This document shows, piece by piece, positions 40,860 to 53,547 of a stretch of DNA of 64,000 nt; positions within the stretch are counted from its first letter, which is position 1, and every line of letters begins with the position of its first letter. Origin of the DNA: Octopus vulgaris (taxonomy: Eukaryota); the NCBI GenBank assembly GCA_951406725.2, contig OX597833.1, positions 58,528,001-58,592,000 on the forward strand, written 5' to 3'. A program made the position numbers and the translations under genes. The notes below the pieces were generated by a model that ran no database searches, was not told the DNA's origin, and was given only the letters and a program-made list of their open reading frames with translations.

Positions 40860-41681
40860 CATGTATGCGTGTGTGTATACATACATACATACATACATAC
40901 ATATACATACATACATGTACATATATATATGTATATATTTATATATATATGTATATATATGTATATATATATATGTATATATATGTATACATATATTTAT
41001 ATATATGTATATATATATTTATATATATGTATATATATATTTATATGTATATATATATTTATATATATGTATATATATATTTATATATATGTATATATAT
41101 ATGTATATATATGTATATATATGTGTATATATATATGTATATATATGTATATATATATGTATATATATGTATATGTATATATATGTATATATATATATAT
41201 ATGTATATATATGTATATATATATATATATATATTATATATCTATATATATATATATATTATATATATATATATGTATATATATGTATATATATATATGT
41301 ATATATCTGTATATATATGTATATATCTGTATATATATGTATATATCTATATATATATGTATATATCTGTATATATATGTATATATATATATATGTATAT
41401 ATCTGTATATATATGTATATATATATATATATGTATATATCTGTATATATATGTATATATCTGTATATATATGTATATATCTGTATATATCTGTATATAT
41501 ATGTATATATCTGTATATATATGTATATATATGTATATATATGTATGTATATGTATGTATATATATGTATATATATGTATGTATATATATATGTATATAT
41601 ATGTATGTATATATATGTATATATATGTATGTATATATATGTATATATATATGTATATATATATATGTATGTATATATATG

Positions 41682-41730
<49 letters not shown>

Positions 41731-41961
41731 GTATATATATATATGTATATATATATGTATATATATATATGTATATATATATGTATGTATATATGTATAT
41801 ATATGTATGTATATATGTATATATATATGTGTATATATGTATATATATATATGTGTATATATGTATATATATATATGTGTATATATGTATATATATATGT
41901 GTATGTGTATATATGTATATATATATGTGTATATATGTATATATATATGTGTATATATATG

Positions 41962-42010
<49 letters not shown>

Positions 42011-42340
42011 GTGTATATGTGTATATGTATATATATATATGTGTATATATATGTGTGTATATGTATATATATGTGTATATATATGTATATATATGTATAT
42101 ATATGTATATATATATATGTGTATATATATGTGTGTATATGTATATATATGTGTATATATATGTATATATATGTATATATATGTATATATATATGTATAT
42201 ATATATGTATATATATATGTGTATATATATATATATATGTATATATATATGTGTATATGTATGTATATATATGTGTATATATATGTATATATATGTGTAT
42301 ATATATGTGTATATATATGTATATATATATATGTACATAT
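40860..42340. repeat. About 1.5-kb compound (TA)n/(TG) microsatellite
   Basis: Direct observation. Confidence 0.98.
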
Positions 42341-43259
42341 GAAGGGAGAGGGAGTGCCAGAGCAAACTCTCATTGTGTATATATAAATATATATATATAC
42401 ACACACACATATATATACACACATATATATATATACATATATATATACATATACATATATATACATATATATATACATATATATACATATATATATGTAT
42501 ATATATATGTATATATATGTGTGTATATATATATTTGTGTGTGCATATATATATTTATATATACACAATGAGAGTTTGCTCTGGCACTCCCTCACTACCT
42601 CTCTCTCTCACTACCTCTCCCTTCATCTCTTTCTCAATTACTGCCACCCGCCTCTATATATAATAGGGAATAGCCATGTATCTCCTCTATAACAAGACAC
42701 CTGTTCATGCTCTCTCTTTCTCTCTGTCTTACTATAGTGTTTCAACAGCCAGCATAAAGCCACCTTCCCCTCTCAAATACTCGCCGTTTAGTAGTGGGAG
42801 CTTTTTCCTTTTTCCTCTCTCTGATCTTTTTCTCTCTTGCAAGTTACTTGGCAACTTCTCAAGTGCCTGTGACATGGAAAAAAAAGCATTCAGTATAATC
42901 TGTAAAGTGGTTGGCATTAGGAAGGGCATCCAGCTGTAGAGCCTTGCACTAGGCTCCAATCTGATTTGGCATGGTTTCTATGGCTGGATGACCTTCCTAA
43001 TGCCAACCACTCAAAGTGTGTTGTGGGTGCTTTTTATGTGCCAGTTATAACATAAAATTGGCATTGGCCACAACTACAATCTCACTTGGCTTCACCAGTC
43101 TTTTCAGGCACAGTATATTGCCAAAGGTCTTGGTCACTTGTCTGTGCCTCTGTTAGATCCAATGTTCAAAGGGTGTTTTTAATGTGTCACCAGCATGGGT
43201 GCCAGTTAAGTAATATTGGCATTGGCCATGACTACAATTTAACTTGGATTGATGGGTCT

Positions 43260-43608
43260 CAGTTGATCTGATCAACGGAACAGCCTGCTCAGGAAATTAA
43301 TCTGTAAGTGGCTGAGCACTCCACAGACACGTGTACCCGTAATGTAGTTCTCAGGGAGATTCAGCGTGACACTGTGTGTGACAAAGCTGACCCTTTGAAA
43401 TACAGGCACAACAGAAACAGGAAGAAAGAGTGAAAGAAAGTTGTGGTGAAAGAGTACAGCAAGGTTCGCCACCCCACCTCCCTGCTGGAGCTTTGTGGAG
43501 CTTTAGGTGTTTTTGCTCAATAAACACAACACTCGGTCTGGGAATCAAAACCTTGATCCCACAACCGCGAGTCTGCTGCCCTAACCACTGGGCCATTGCG
43601 CATCCACA
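43260..43608 (-). mobile_element. SINE family B'
   Basis: Sequence match to family B'. Confidence 0.85.
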
Positions 43609-43897
43609 TGTAAACTATATGTAAAAACACTTAAGTGCAACCACCTTTACTGTATTCAACCTACCTGGGCAGGTGAAAGTGACATAAAAATCCACAACAA
43701 CAAGTAAAGCTCATTCTGAAAACGTACACCAACAACCATTACATCATGAAAATGTTTAATACATATTCATTATATCTTTGTGATTTTTAACCTGGATTAA
43801 CTGCATTTCATCAAAATAGTTTGGGTGGTTTATACAGAGAAAGCATTATACAACTTTAATAATTTGTGAGGATCTTTTATATTTATCATTAATATCG

Positions 43898-44250
43898 CTA
43901 CCAGAAACGCCTTACTGGTACTTGTGCCCGTGGCACGTGAAAAAACATTCGAGCGAGGTCGTTGTCAGTGCCGCTGGACTGGCTCCTGTGCCAGTGGCAT
44001 GTAAAAAACACCATTTGAGAGTGGCCATTGCCAGTACAACCTGACTGGCCCTTGTGCTGGTGGCACGTAAAAGCACCCACTACACTCTTGGAGTGGTTGG
44101 TGTTAGGAAGGGCATCCAGCTGTAGAAACTCTACCAGATCAGATTGGAGCCTGGTACAGCCATCTGGTTCGCCAAACCTCAGTCAAATCAACCAACCCAT
44201 GCTAGCATGGAAAGCAGACGTTAAACGATGATGATGATGAGGATGATGAT
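43898..44250 (+). mobile_element. SINE family C, 3 modules
   Basis: Sequence match to family C. Confidence 0.85.
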
Positions 44251-44524
44251 ATTACTCATACAATGAAATCGAGTGAGTTTATTATCATCCATTACCAGAC
44301 TGTATGTAGTGTATTCCTACCTTATTACACCATCATCATATTTTGACTAGAGATGATACAAATCCTCATCTAAAACATGAGTAGATGACATTTAATTATT
44401 ATTGTCCAGTTTCAGCAAATTGACAAGTCTAGCAGGATTTCAAAACTTAGAAAGGTGTAGTACCAAACTAGACAACGTAAAACAATCTACATAAGTTCTT
44501 TTACCCCGTACCAAATTTCTCGCC

Positions 44525-44793
44525 TGGCCCCTGTGCCGGTGGCACGTAAAAAGCATCATCTGACGATGGCCGTTTGCCAGCCCCGTCTGGCACCTGTGCC
44601 GGTGGCACGTAAAAAGCACCCACTGCACTCACGGAGTGGTTGGTGTTAGGAAGGGCATCCAGCCGTAGAAACATTGCCAGATCAGACTGGGCCTGGTGCA
44701 GCCTTCTGGCTTCCCAGACCCCAGTTGAACCATCCAACCCATGCTAGCATGGTTAAGCGGACGCTAAATGATGATGATGATGATGATGATGAT
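44525..44793 (+). mobile_element. SINE family C, 2 modules
   Basis: Sequence match to family C. Confidence 0.85.
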
Positions 44794-46004
44794 GTACTCA
44801 AGTTATAATTAAAAATTTTAATTTAGTGCAAAAAAGTCATAATCTTGTTTGTCGTATTCCTCACGATATTTTGCATGGAATATTGTAGAAATAAGTTTTA
44901 GTCAGTGATATATTTCGATTCCTGAAGTATGTTGTACAATGGGCGATCGCCTGATAAAGAACTGGAATTATAATGTAATTTAAAACAGACTGTGAAAGAA
45001 AATCAACCTGGGAAACAAATAGTTTGCCCATATGAGTGTGCAGAAAGAAATGGAAGACGGAAATAGTTTCTGAGAAAGTTATAAACATTTTCCACAATGA
45101 GATACGTTTGTTTTCGCATTAGCTTATCTTCTGTCTGTCTGTCACTCACTCACTTACTCACTCTCTCACACACACACACACACACACTTCAGTGAAAGGT
45201 GAACCTCACTTAACCCTTCAGCATTTAAACCAGCCTTATGTATCCCAGATATCTTATCTGTTTTATGCTCATGTTGATCAGAGCCAACCTCTCACACCTA
45301 CCCTACAATGTCATTCTAAAAATAGACAAGTGCATCAGAGAAACCCTCCAAGCTGTAAGATAATGCATGATTAATCCAAAGCTGTGTGAATAAATAAATA
45401 TTACATCTGACAGAGTAATCTGGATGCTAAATTTACTTGCTTAAGTGTTCAGAACGAGTCATCTTAGCAGAAGCAATACTAAATGATCAAAATGTTATAT
45501 TAATAACTCCAAGGTCAGGAGTTCATATCTGTAGTAGTTGCTGTATGTTTCGGGGCAGAACTCTTAATTTTAAGATAGTTATTTAATCAGTTGTATGATA
45601 AATTGGTCATGAAATATTTACACAGTCTGTGTAATTATGAAATTATATCACCAGATAAGTCTTGTTAACCTTTTTATAATCTTTTCACTTGCTGGATAAA
45701 TAGGTAGAAAATAAATACTTGTGTAAATCTAGTTTGATTTGTGGTTGCATGTGTGGCTGGTTTGTGGGTTATAGGTTGCGATAAGGAAATTTGGCATGAT
45801 GTTTCTCTTTAGCAATATGTTTGTTAAAATGTGTGTGTGTATGTGTGTGTGTGAGAGAGAAAGAGAAAGAGAAGATGAAAGTGCAAAAACAAAAGCAAAC
45901 ATTTCTTTGTAAAAAGAGAATACTGATAATTACCTTGAAGCTCATTTTTCTTCCTGTTAGTATAGTTGTATGGCCTACTATTTGATTTCCAGGTTGGTTT
46001 GCTT

Positions 46005-46218
46005 TTCTGGCACCTGTGCTGGTGGCACGTAAAAAGCACCCACTACACTCTCGGAGTGGTTGGCGTTAAGAAGTGCATCCAGCTGTAGAAACTTTGCCAG
46101 ATCAAGATTGGAGCCTGGTGCAGCCATCTGGCTCGCCAGCGCTCAGTCAAAATCGTCCAGCCCATGCTAGCATGGAAAGCGGATGTTAAACGATGATAAT
46201 GATGATGATGATGATGAT
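46005..46218 (+). mobile_element. SINE family C, 1 module
   Basis: Sequence match to family C. Confidence 0.85.
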
Positions 46219-47287
46219 TACTTCTGTACATTTAATGTTAAGTTACAGATTTTAGATTGGTTAAAACTAATGAAAATTAACGATCTTCCAGCAATACTTG
46301 GGTTTAGGAAGGGCACCCAGCTGTAGAGACACTGCTAGATCAGACTGGAGCCTGGTGCAGCCTCCTGGCTACCCAGAAATATATGGAAGTCACTCCTTTT
46401 CAGGTCTCAGAGGAATTCTGTTACCACAGTTTAAAAGACACCATCTTACTAGACCCAGTAGATTTATGCTTGCACAGTTTCTCAATAACTGATGCCAAGA
46501 CCTCACACTCTTGGCAACAGTTCCCTGTACTTGACTACAGAATTTGGCACAAAACTCCAAAAACCGTCACAAGCCATTTTAGGTCGCATGACACAGATTT
46601 CCAAAGCTTGAGTGAACAAACATCTCTTGTTACTTTCACTTTCACTATTGGAAATACAATAACTTGTTTGTTCGAGACGTGTGACCAATAAGGCTGTTGT
46701 TATTTGCAAATGTAGGGCATAAAAAAAGAAAATGCATTCAGTGTTTGTTACACTTGTGTTCATCTGGCTTAAATTTAATTCTACTGAAATCTTGCGTGAT
46801 TCCTATCTTTTATCTTTTACTTGTTTTGGTCAGTGGACTGCTGTCATGCTAGGGTGTCACCCTGAAGGGTTTAGTCTCACAAATCGACCCCAGTACTTAC
46901 ATTTGAAGCTTGTTACTTATTCTATCAGTCTCTTTTGCTAAACTGCTAGGTTACAGGGTTGTAAGCAAAACAAATACAGATTGCCATGTAGTTGGGGAAC
47001 AATTGTCTGTCTCTTTCTCTCTTTCTCTCCCTCTCTCTCCCTCTCTCTCTCTCTCCCTCACACACAGAGTAAGTTTCCACCTACTAAATCCACTTGCAAA
47101 ACCATGGCCCGTTTAGAACTATAGCAGAAAACACTTGTCCAAGGTACCGCCTGGTGAGGGGACTGAACTTAAAACCACGTGGTTGCAAGGTGGGCTTCTT
47201 AACCACTCAGCCATACTTCTGCCTATACGTTGATATAAATTTTCCAAAACATATTTTGTTACCATAATTAAAATAAAATTTAATAAT

Positions 47288-47678
47288 AGGCATAGGAGTG
47301 GCTGTGTGGTAAGTAGCTTGCTTATGAACCACATGGTTCTGGGTTCAGTCCCACTGTGTGGCACCTTAGGCAAGTGTCTTCTACTATAGCCTCAGGCCGA
47401 CCAAAGCCTTGTGAGTGGATTTGGTAGACGGAAACTGAAAGAAGCCCATCGTATATATGTATATATATGTGAATATGTATGTGTGTGTATATGTTTGTGT
47501 GTCTGTGTTTGTCCCCCCAACATCGCTTGACAACAGATGCTGATGTTTTTACATCCCGTAACTTAGCGGTTTGGCAAAAGAGACCGATAGAATAAGTACT
47601 AGGCTTACAAAGAATAAGTCCTGGAGTCGATTTGCTCGACTAAAGGTGGTGCTCCAGCATGGCCACTGTCAAATGACA
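47288..47678 (+). mobile_element. SINE family A
   Basis: Sequence match to family A. Confidence 0.88.
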
Positions 47679-48055
47679 AACTTTTGGGATATGAAGTTAA
47701 TCCTTTTTCTTTTAAACGAAAGTATTGCGCACCTTCCCACCCAGTTTTTTTACATATATAGGGGTACATCCAAAACAACAACCAATGGAAACTTGTCAGT
47801 CTAGACTCATTCAAAACTACCGAAATCACTGACATTCAACAAGTTGACCTGAGTGGCGTATTTATGTAACTTGGGTTTATTCCATAGAGATTAATTTAAT
47901 GGATTTATATGTTAATAATAGCAATTTTTATATTTACTGCACTTGGAAAGATTAAAGTTAGAATTACACTAATGGGATTTGATAGTAACGGTTGTAAAAC
48001 ACCTTGTCTGTTTGCGGACCCTATAAGTGGCAAGAACAATGATAAAATATAATTG

Positions 48056-48485
48056 TGATGTTTTCGGTTTGACCGGCAGTTTTTAAAAATAATTTCCACG
48101 TATCTAAACACTTTTAAACTTCGTATACTGGTAGAATGTGTTTATAAAACATCTTTTTCCCTTGGCTTTATTGAGAAAATTCTATAGTTTGTAAGATATT
48201 TGTTGTTTTTTTTTCTTCAAATTCTGCAATTTCAACATATCAATGACGTCTATTGAGGTAAAAAAACATTCTGTGCCGTATGAATATGTCCCCCGTTTAA
48301 GAAACAGATTGGGTTTATTTACATTTGTGAAGAAAAAAAGATACCCTTCCCAACCCTAACCCTAACTCTGACCCTAACCCTAAAACAGATTGAAATGCAA
48401 TAGATCGATACTAGGGTCATAATTATGGGTGACAATTTCATATGACACCGCTAGAAAAAAACTACCGTTCAAACCGAAGAGATCC
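48056..48485 (+). mobile_element. Merlin-like MITE flanked by 145-bp direct repeats
   Basis: Direct repeats 47911-48055 and 48486-48630 abut the TIRs. Confidence 0.85.
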
Positions 48486-49245
48486 GTTAATAATAGCAAT
48501 TTTTATATTTACTGCACTTGGAGGGATTAAAGTTAGAATTACACTAATGGGATTTGATAGCAACTGTTGTAAAACACCTTGTCTGTTTGCGGACCCTATA
48601 AGTGGCAAGAACAATGATAAAATATGATTGCATTTGCTCTCTGGCTCTAACAACCGTTGTGTGTTAAATGGAGCTAGATGTATGTCCTGTGTGCGCTAGG
48701 AACTTAATGATGGGTGTTAAGCTAAATAAATATACTGTGGCAAGAGAAGGTATAAAACATCGCTTGATATGGTTGGAAGTAATGTAAATAGCAATTACTT
48801 GACAGCTAAATTATATGTTAATGTGTTCAAGTGGTTAATGCTGAAGGCATTGGTTAAGTCAGTAATTATTCACCAGGGAAGGTCATGGTTAGTTGGGGGA
48901 AACAAGGATGGTGATACTGGTACTGCTGCTGCTGCTGGTACCCACCCTGCCACCAGCACCACCACTATCACAACTACTACTGCTGCTGCTGCTATCATTG
49001 CCACCACACTCTTCAGTGGTACTCTTTATCCAGTACTCTTTACTCTTTTATTCTTTTACTTGTTTCAGTCATTTGACTGCGGCCATGCTGGAGCACCACC
49101 TTTAATCGAGCAACTCGACCCCGGGACTTATTCTTTTGTAAGCCCAGTACTTATTCTATAAGTTATTCTATAGTTCTGCCTATACGTTAATATAAATTTT
49201 TCCAAAACATATTTTGTTACCATAATTAAAATAAAATTTAGTAAC

Positions 49246-49409
49246 AGGTGTAGGAGTGGCTGTGTGGTAAGTAGCTTGCTTACCAACCACATGGTTCCGG
49301 GTTCAGTCCCACTGCGTGGCACTTTGGGCAAGTGTCTTCTACTATAGCCTCGGGCCGACCAAAGCCTTGTGAGTGGATTTGGTAGACGGAAACTGAAAGA
49401 AACCTGTTG

Positions 49410-49440
<31 letters not shown>

Positions 49441-49626
49441 TTGTCGCCCCAACATCACTTGTCAACCGATGCTGGTGTGTTTACACCCCCATAACTTAGC
49501 GGTTCGGCAAGAGAGACGATAGTATAAGTACTAGGCTTACAACGAATAAGTCCTGGGGTCGATTTGCTCAACTAAAGTTGGTGCTCCAGCATGGCCACAG
49601 TCAAATGACTGAAACAAGTAAAGAGT
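49246..49626 (+). mobile_element. SINE family A
   Basis: Sequence match to family A. Confidence 0.88.
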
Positions 49627-49661
49627 ATCTATCTATCTATCTGTCTGTCTATCTATCTATC

Positions 49662-49704
<43 letters not shown>

Positions 49705-49832
49705 CGGGAAGCTTTATGAAAATAGACAAAAGACGAAGGCAGGTTTACGGAAATAAACAAAAGATGAAGGCAGGTGGAATACAACCAAACAATTGTATTA
49801 GTATGGCGCTCAGGAAATATAGATAAAAAAAG

Positions 49833-49870
49833 TCTTTAACGTTTCGAGCCTACGCTCTTCAACAGAAAGA
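49833..49870 (-). ncRNA. Minimal type-I hammerhead-like motif (Penelope-type) within insert 49703-49910
   Basis: Reverse complement TCTTT-CTGTTGA-a-GAGC-gtag-GCTC-GAAACGTT-AAAGA with stems I and II intact. Confidence 0.62.
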
Positions 49871-49914
49871 TACACAGAGAAGAAACACAGAAAGAAGGAG
49901 AGAAAAAAAATATA

Positions 49915-49966
<52 letters not shown>

Positions 49967-50225
49967 ACAACACACATGCTTTTCCTCCTCTCTAGACGTT
50001 TTCCTATTTCCGATGAAGAGCCATACTTGAAACACTATTTCCACTCCTATTTTCCCTCTTTAAAACTTTCATTGAGTGTCAATCTGATATATTTGCTGTG
50101 TTCATGGAATTGACTTTTGTTGTAGTTTCCTGTTTTTAATTTTGATTTGCCTAAACATACATATGTACATATGCACACATACACACACATTTTATTAAAC
50201 GCAATTATGCAGATAAATGTATACA

Positions 50226-50645
50226 TAGGAGTGGCTGTGTGGTGGTAAGAAGCTTGCTTTCCAGCCACATGGTTCCTGGTTCAGTCCCACTGCGTGGCAC
50301 TTTGGGCAAGTTTCTTCTACTATAGCCTCGTTGACCAAAGCCATGTGAGTGGATTTGGTAGATGGAAACTGAAAAGAAGCCTGTCATGAGTATATATATA
50401 TATATATATGTGTGTATGTATATATTTGTGTTTGTTTGTCCGACCACCTGCCCCTCATTTATCAACTGATGTGTATATGTTTATGTTCCCATAACTTAGT
50501 GATTCAGCAAAAGAGACTGATAGAATAAGTATTGGGCTTACAAAGAATAAGTCTTGGGGTTTTATTTGTTCGATTAAAACCCTTCAGGCGGTGCTCCAGC
50601 ATGGCTGCAGTCAGGTGACTGAAACAAGTAAAAGAATAAAAGAAT
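50226..50645 (+). mobile_element. SINE family A, older copy
   Basis: Sequence match to family A. Confidence 0.85.
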
Positions 50646-50649
50646 ATGC

Positions 50650-50651
50650 GA

Positions 50652-50688
<37 letters not shown>

Positions 50689-50934
50689 AACACTTACACA
50701 CACTCACACGCACACACGCGCACACACACACATGCACACACGCACTCACACACCCACACACACACCCACACACACTCACACACGCATACACACTCACACA
50801 CGCATACACACTCACACACACACACACTCACACACACACACACATACACACACACACGTACACACGCACTCACACACCCACACACACACCCACACACACT
50901 CACACACGCATACACACTCACACACACACACACA

Positions 50935-50973
<39 letters not shown>

Positions 50974-51242
50974 ACACACACGTACACATGCACACGCACA
51001 CACACTCACACACACATACACACACACACACGTACACATGCACACACACACACACACACTCACACACACACACACTCACACACACACACACATACACACA
51101 CACGTACACATGCACACGCACACACACACACACGTACACATGCACACACACACACGTACACATGCACACACACACACACTCACAAACACTTACACACACT
51201 CACACGCACACACACACACACTCATGCACACACGCACTCACA

Positions 51243-51273
<31 letters not shown>

Positions 51274-51287
51274 GCATACACACTCAC

Positions 51288-51343
<56 letters not shown>

Positions 51344-51482
51344 ACACATGCACACGCACACACACACACACGTACACATGCACACACACACACGTACACA
51401 TGCACACACACACACACACTCACAAACACTTACACACACTCACACGCACACACACACACACACACTCATGCACACACACACT
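50650..51482. repeat. About 830-bp compound (CA)n microsatellite
   Basis: Direct observation. Confidence 0.97.
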
Positions 51483-51589
51483 CTTGCTTTCCTTGTCTGT
51501 ACTTACAACATACAACTCATGTTTATATTGTAGCCAGATTGTTTCCACAAGCTTTTATTTTCTACAAAATCTTTTTTTAAATTTTCCAG

Positions 51590-51685
51590 GATGTTTGGTT
51601 CGTTACAGTGGACTCTCGTTAATCTATGGCATTTTGCTGCTGCTGACTCCTCTCTTCAAAAGTCCAACAATAGAATCCTTACGCG
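51590..51685 (+). CDS. Piezo: Internal coding exon (exon 2) of a Piezo-type mechanosensitive ion channel
   Basis: Acceptor ttttttaaattttccAG and donor GTAAGT; 96 bp, phase 1/1. Peptide (G)CLVRYSGLSLIYGILLLLTPLFKSPTIESLR(G) aligns without gaps to recalled human PIEZO1 ACLLRFSGLSLVYLLFLLLLPWFPGPTRCGLQG, whose exon 2 I recall also being 96 bp. Confidence 0.87.
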
Positions 51686-52083
51686 GTAAGTGTTTCACGA
51701 TTTTATCTTAGTTGACCATTTAAGACCTTGTGCCATAAATGCCTTTTGATACCTTTTAATAAAGCAATTGCAGCGTGGAAGGTGTTTATAAGCCATACTC
51801 CAAGTCCATGGAGCCTGTGGAAGAGAGAGGCTAAAGACACAAGATAAAGTGATGAAGATTTAATTCAAGAGGCTGAACCGTATGAAGATGGCTGTAGTAT
51901 GGAGTAAAGTTCACTGCTGAAGACTATGCACCCAACCCATGTAAACATTGGAAAATGAATACAAAAATGATGATGGTGATAAAATAAATTGAAAAAAAAA
52001 TAATACTTTTCAACAGGAATATAGAATTTGAAAGAGTTAAAGTGGAAAGTGATAATCATTTTTAACAAAGGCACACAAGGCCT

Positions 52084-52492
52084 TTATTAAAAGATTATTT
52101 ATGGAGATGTACTTGCATAGCAAGTCGCCTGATCCGAGAAGGTGTGCTGAAACAAAAACAATTGCAGCATAGAAGGTGTTTATAAGCCATTTAAAAAACA
52201 CACAAAAACCATTAGATTCACTTCAACATTTTCGGCACTTTGAAACCACGACCTGTTCACTGACAAAATTCCGAGATGCAGCATGGAGTTTTGTCAGTGA
52301 ACAAATCATGGTTTCAAAATGATGAAAATATTTTGACAACTTAAATTTAAATGTTGAAGTGAATCTAATGGCTTTTGTGTGTTTTTAAATGGCTTATAAA
52401 CACCTTCTATGCTGCAATTGTTTTTGTTTCAGCACACCTTCTCGGATCAGGTGACTTGCTATGCAAGTACATTTCCATAAATCTTTTAATAA
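52084..52492. mobile_element. Foldback MITE, about 410 bp, almost wholly palindromic
   Basis: ttattaaaagatt...atggagatgtacttgcatagcaagtc is mirrored at the right end. Confidence 0.9.
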
Positions 52493-52584
52493 TTATTATT
52501 GCTAATATTACACATGCACTTGAACAAACTTGCTTCTTTTCTTCCCAGCTTTTACAGTTCCTCATCATTCAATCTCTATATCTT

Positions 52585-52815
52585 ATTTCTTTATTGCCCA
52601 CAAGGGGCTACATGCAGAAGGGACAAACAAGGACAGACAAAGGGATTAAGTCAATTACATCGACCCCAGTGCATAATTGGTACTTGATTTATCGACCTCA
52701 AAAGGATGAAAGGCAAAGTCGACCTTGGTGGAATTTGAACTCAGAGCGTAACAGCAGACGAAATACCGCTAAGCACTTCACCCGGCGTGCTAACGTTTCT
52801 GCCAGCTCACTGCCA
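52585..52815 (-). mobile_element. SINE family D
   Basis: Sequence match to family D. Confidence 0.85.
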
Positions 52816-52832
52816 TTCAATCTCCATATCTT

Positions 52833-53035
52833 ACTATACAAGTATTGTACAATCTGTGCTTCTCTCTGAGGGAGAAACCTTTTGTTACCTGCAGTGGTAA
52901 TTGTTCTCTGAACTTGTTCCGTTCGATTCTTAATATGATTACTAAGCTTTTGGAACATTCCACCCCCATTGCTTATCAGGCCATTCAGGTAGTAGAAGCT
53001 ATCAGTTACCTGTAGGAAGTCTTCCAAGTATTTGC
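52833..53035 (-). pseudogene. RTE LINE reverse-transcriptase relic
   Basis: LQVTDSFYYLNGLISNGGG resembles RTE LEVVDSFRYLGD.ISSGGG. Confidence 0.65.
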
Positions 53036-53044
53036 AGGAACTTA

Positions 53045-53452
53045 TTTCACATGTACTCTTACCATTAACGGTACATGTCTGGCCAACATATGAAGTCTAC
53101 ATTTCCTGTCAGTCTGCCTGCCATCCCATTACACTTCTGTGCATCCATAGTTTAAACTGGGTACAACATATGAAATTCCTATGTCCTCTTACCGTTAACA
53201 GTACATCTCTGTGCAACATACGAAGTCTACATTTCCTGTTAGCCTACCTGCCATCCCATTACACTTCTGTGCATCCATAGTTTAAACTGGGTACAACTTA
53301 TGAAATTCCTATGTCCTCTTACCGTTAACGGTACATCTCTGTGCAACATACGAAGTCTACATTTCCTGTTAGCCTACCTGCCATCCCATTACACTTCTGT
53401 GCATCCATAGTTTAAACTGGGTACAACTTATGAAATTCCTATGTACTCTTGC
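53045..53452. repeat. 130-bp tandem repeat, about 3 copies
   Basis: gaagtctacatttcc at 53092, 53222 and 53352. Confidence 0.95.
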
Positions 53453-53547
53453 ATGTCGAATGCAACAGCAGTTGTGATTTGTTTTGTTTTGCTAATATAA
53501 ACTTTAGTCTCTGCCAGGCTTATTTTGAGATCTCTCAGTTCTAGGTT

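Noticed and set aside
40716-42595. ORFs of 400-580 aa
   Set aside because: Same microsatellite artefact.
48350-48382. Telomere or chromosome-fusion scar
   Set aside because: The TAACCC units are an internal part of the MITE in all four copies.
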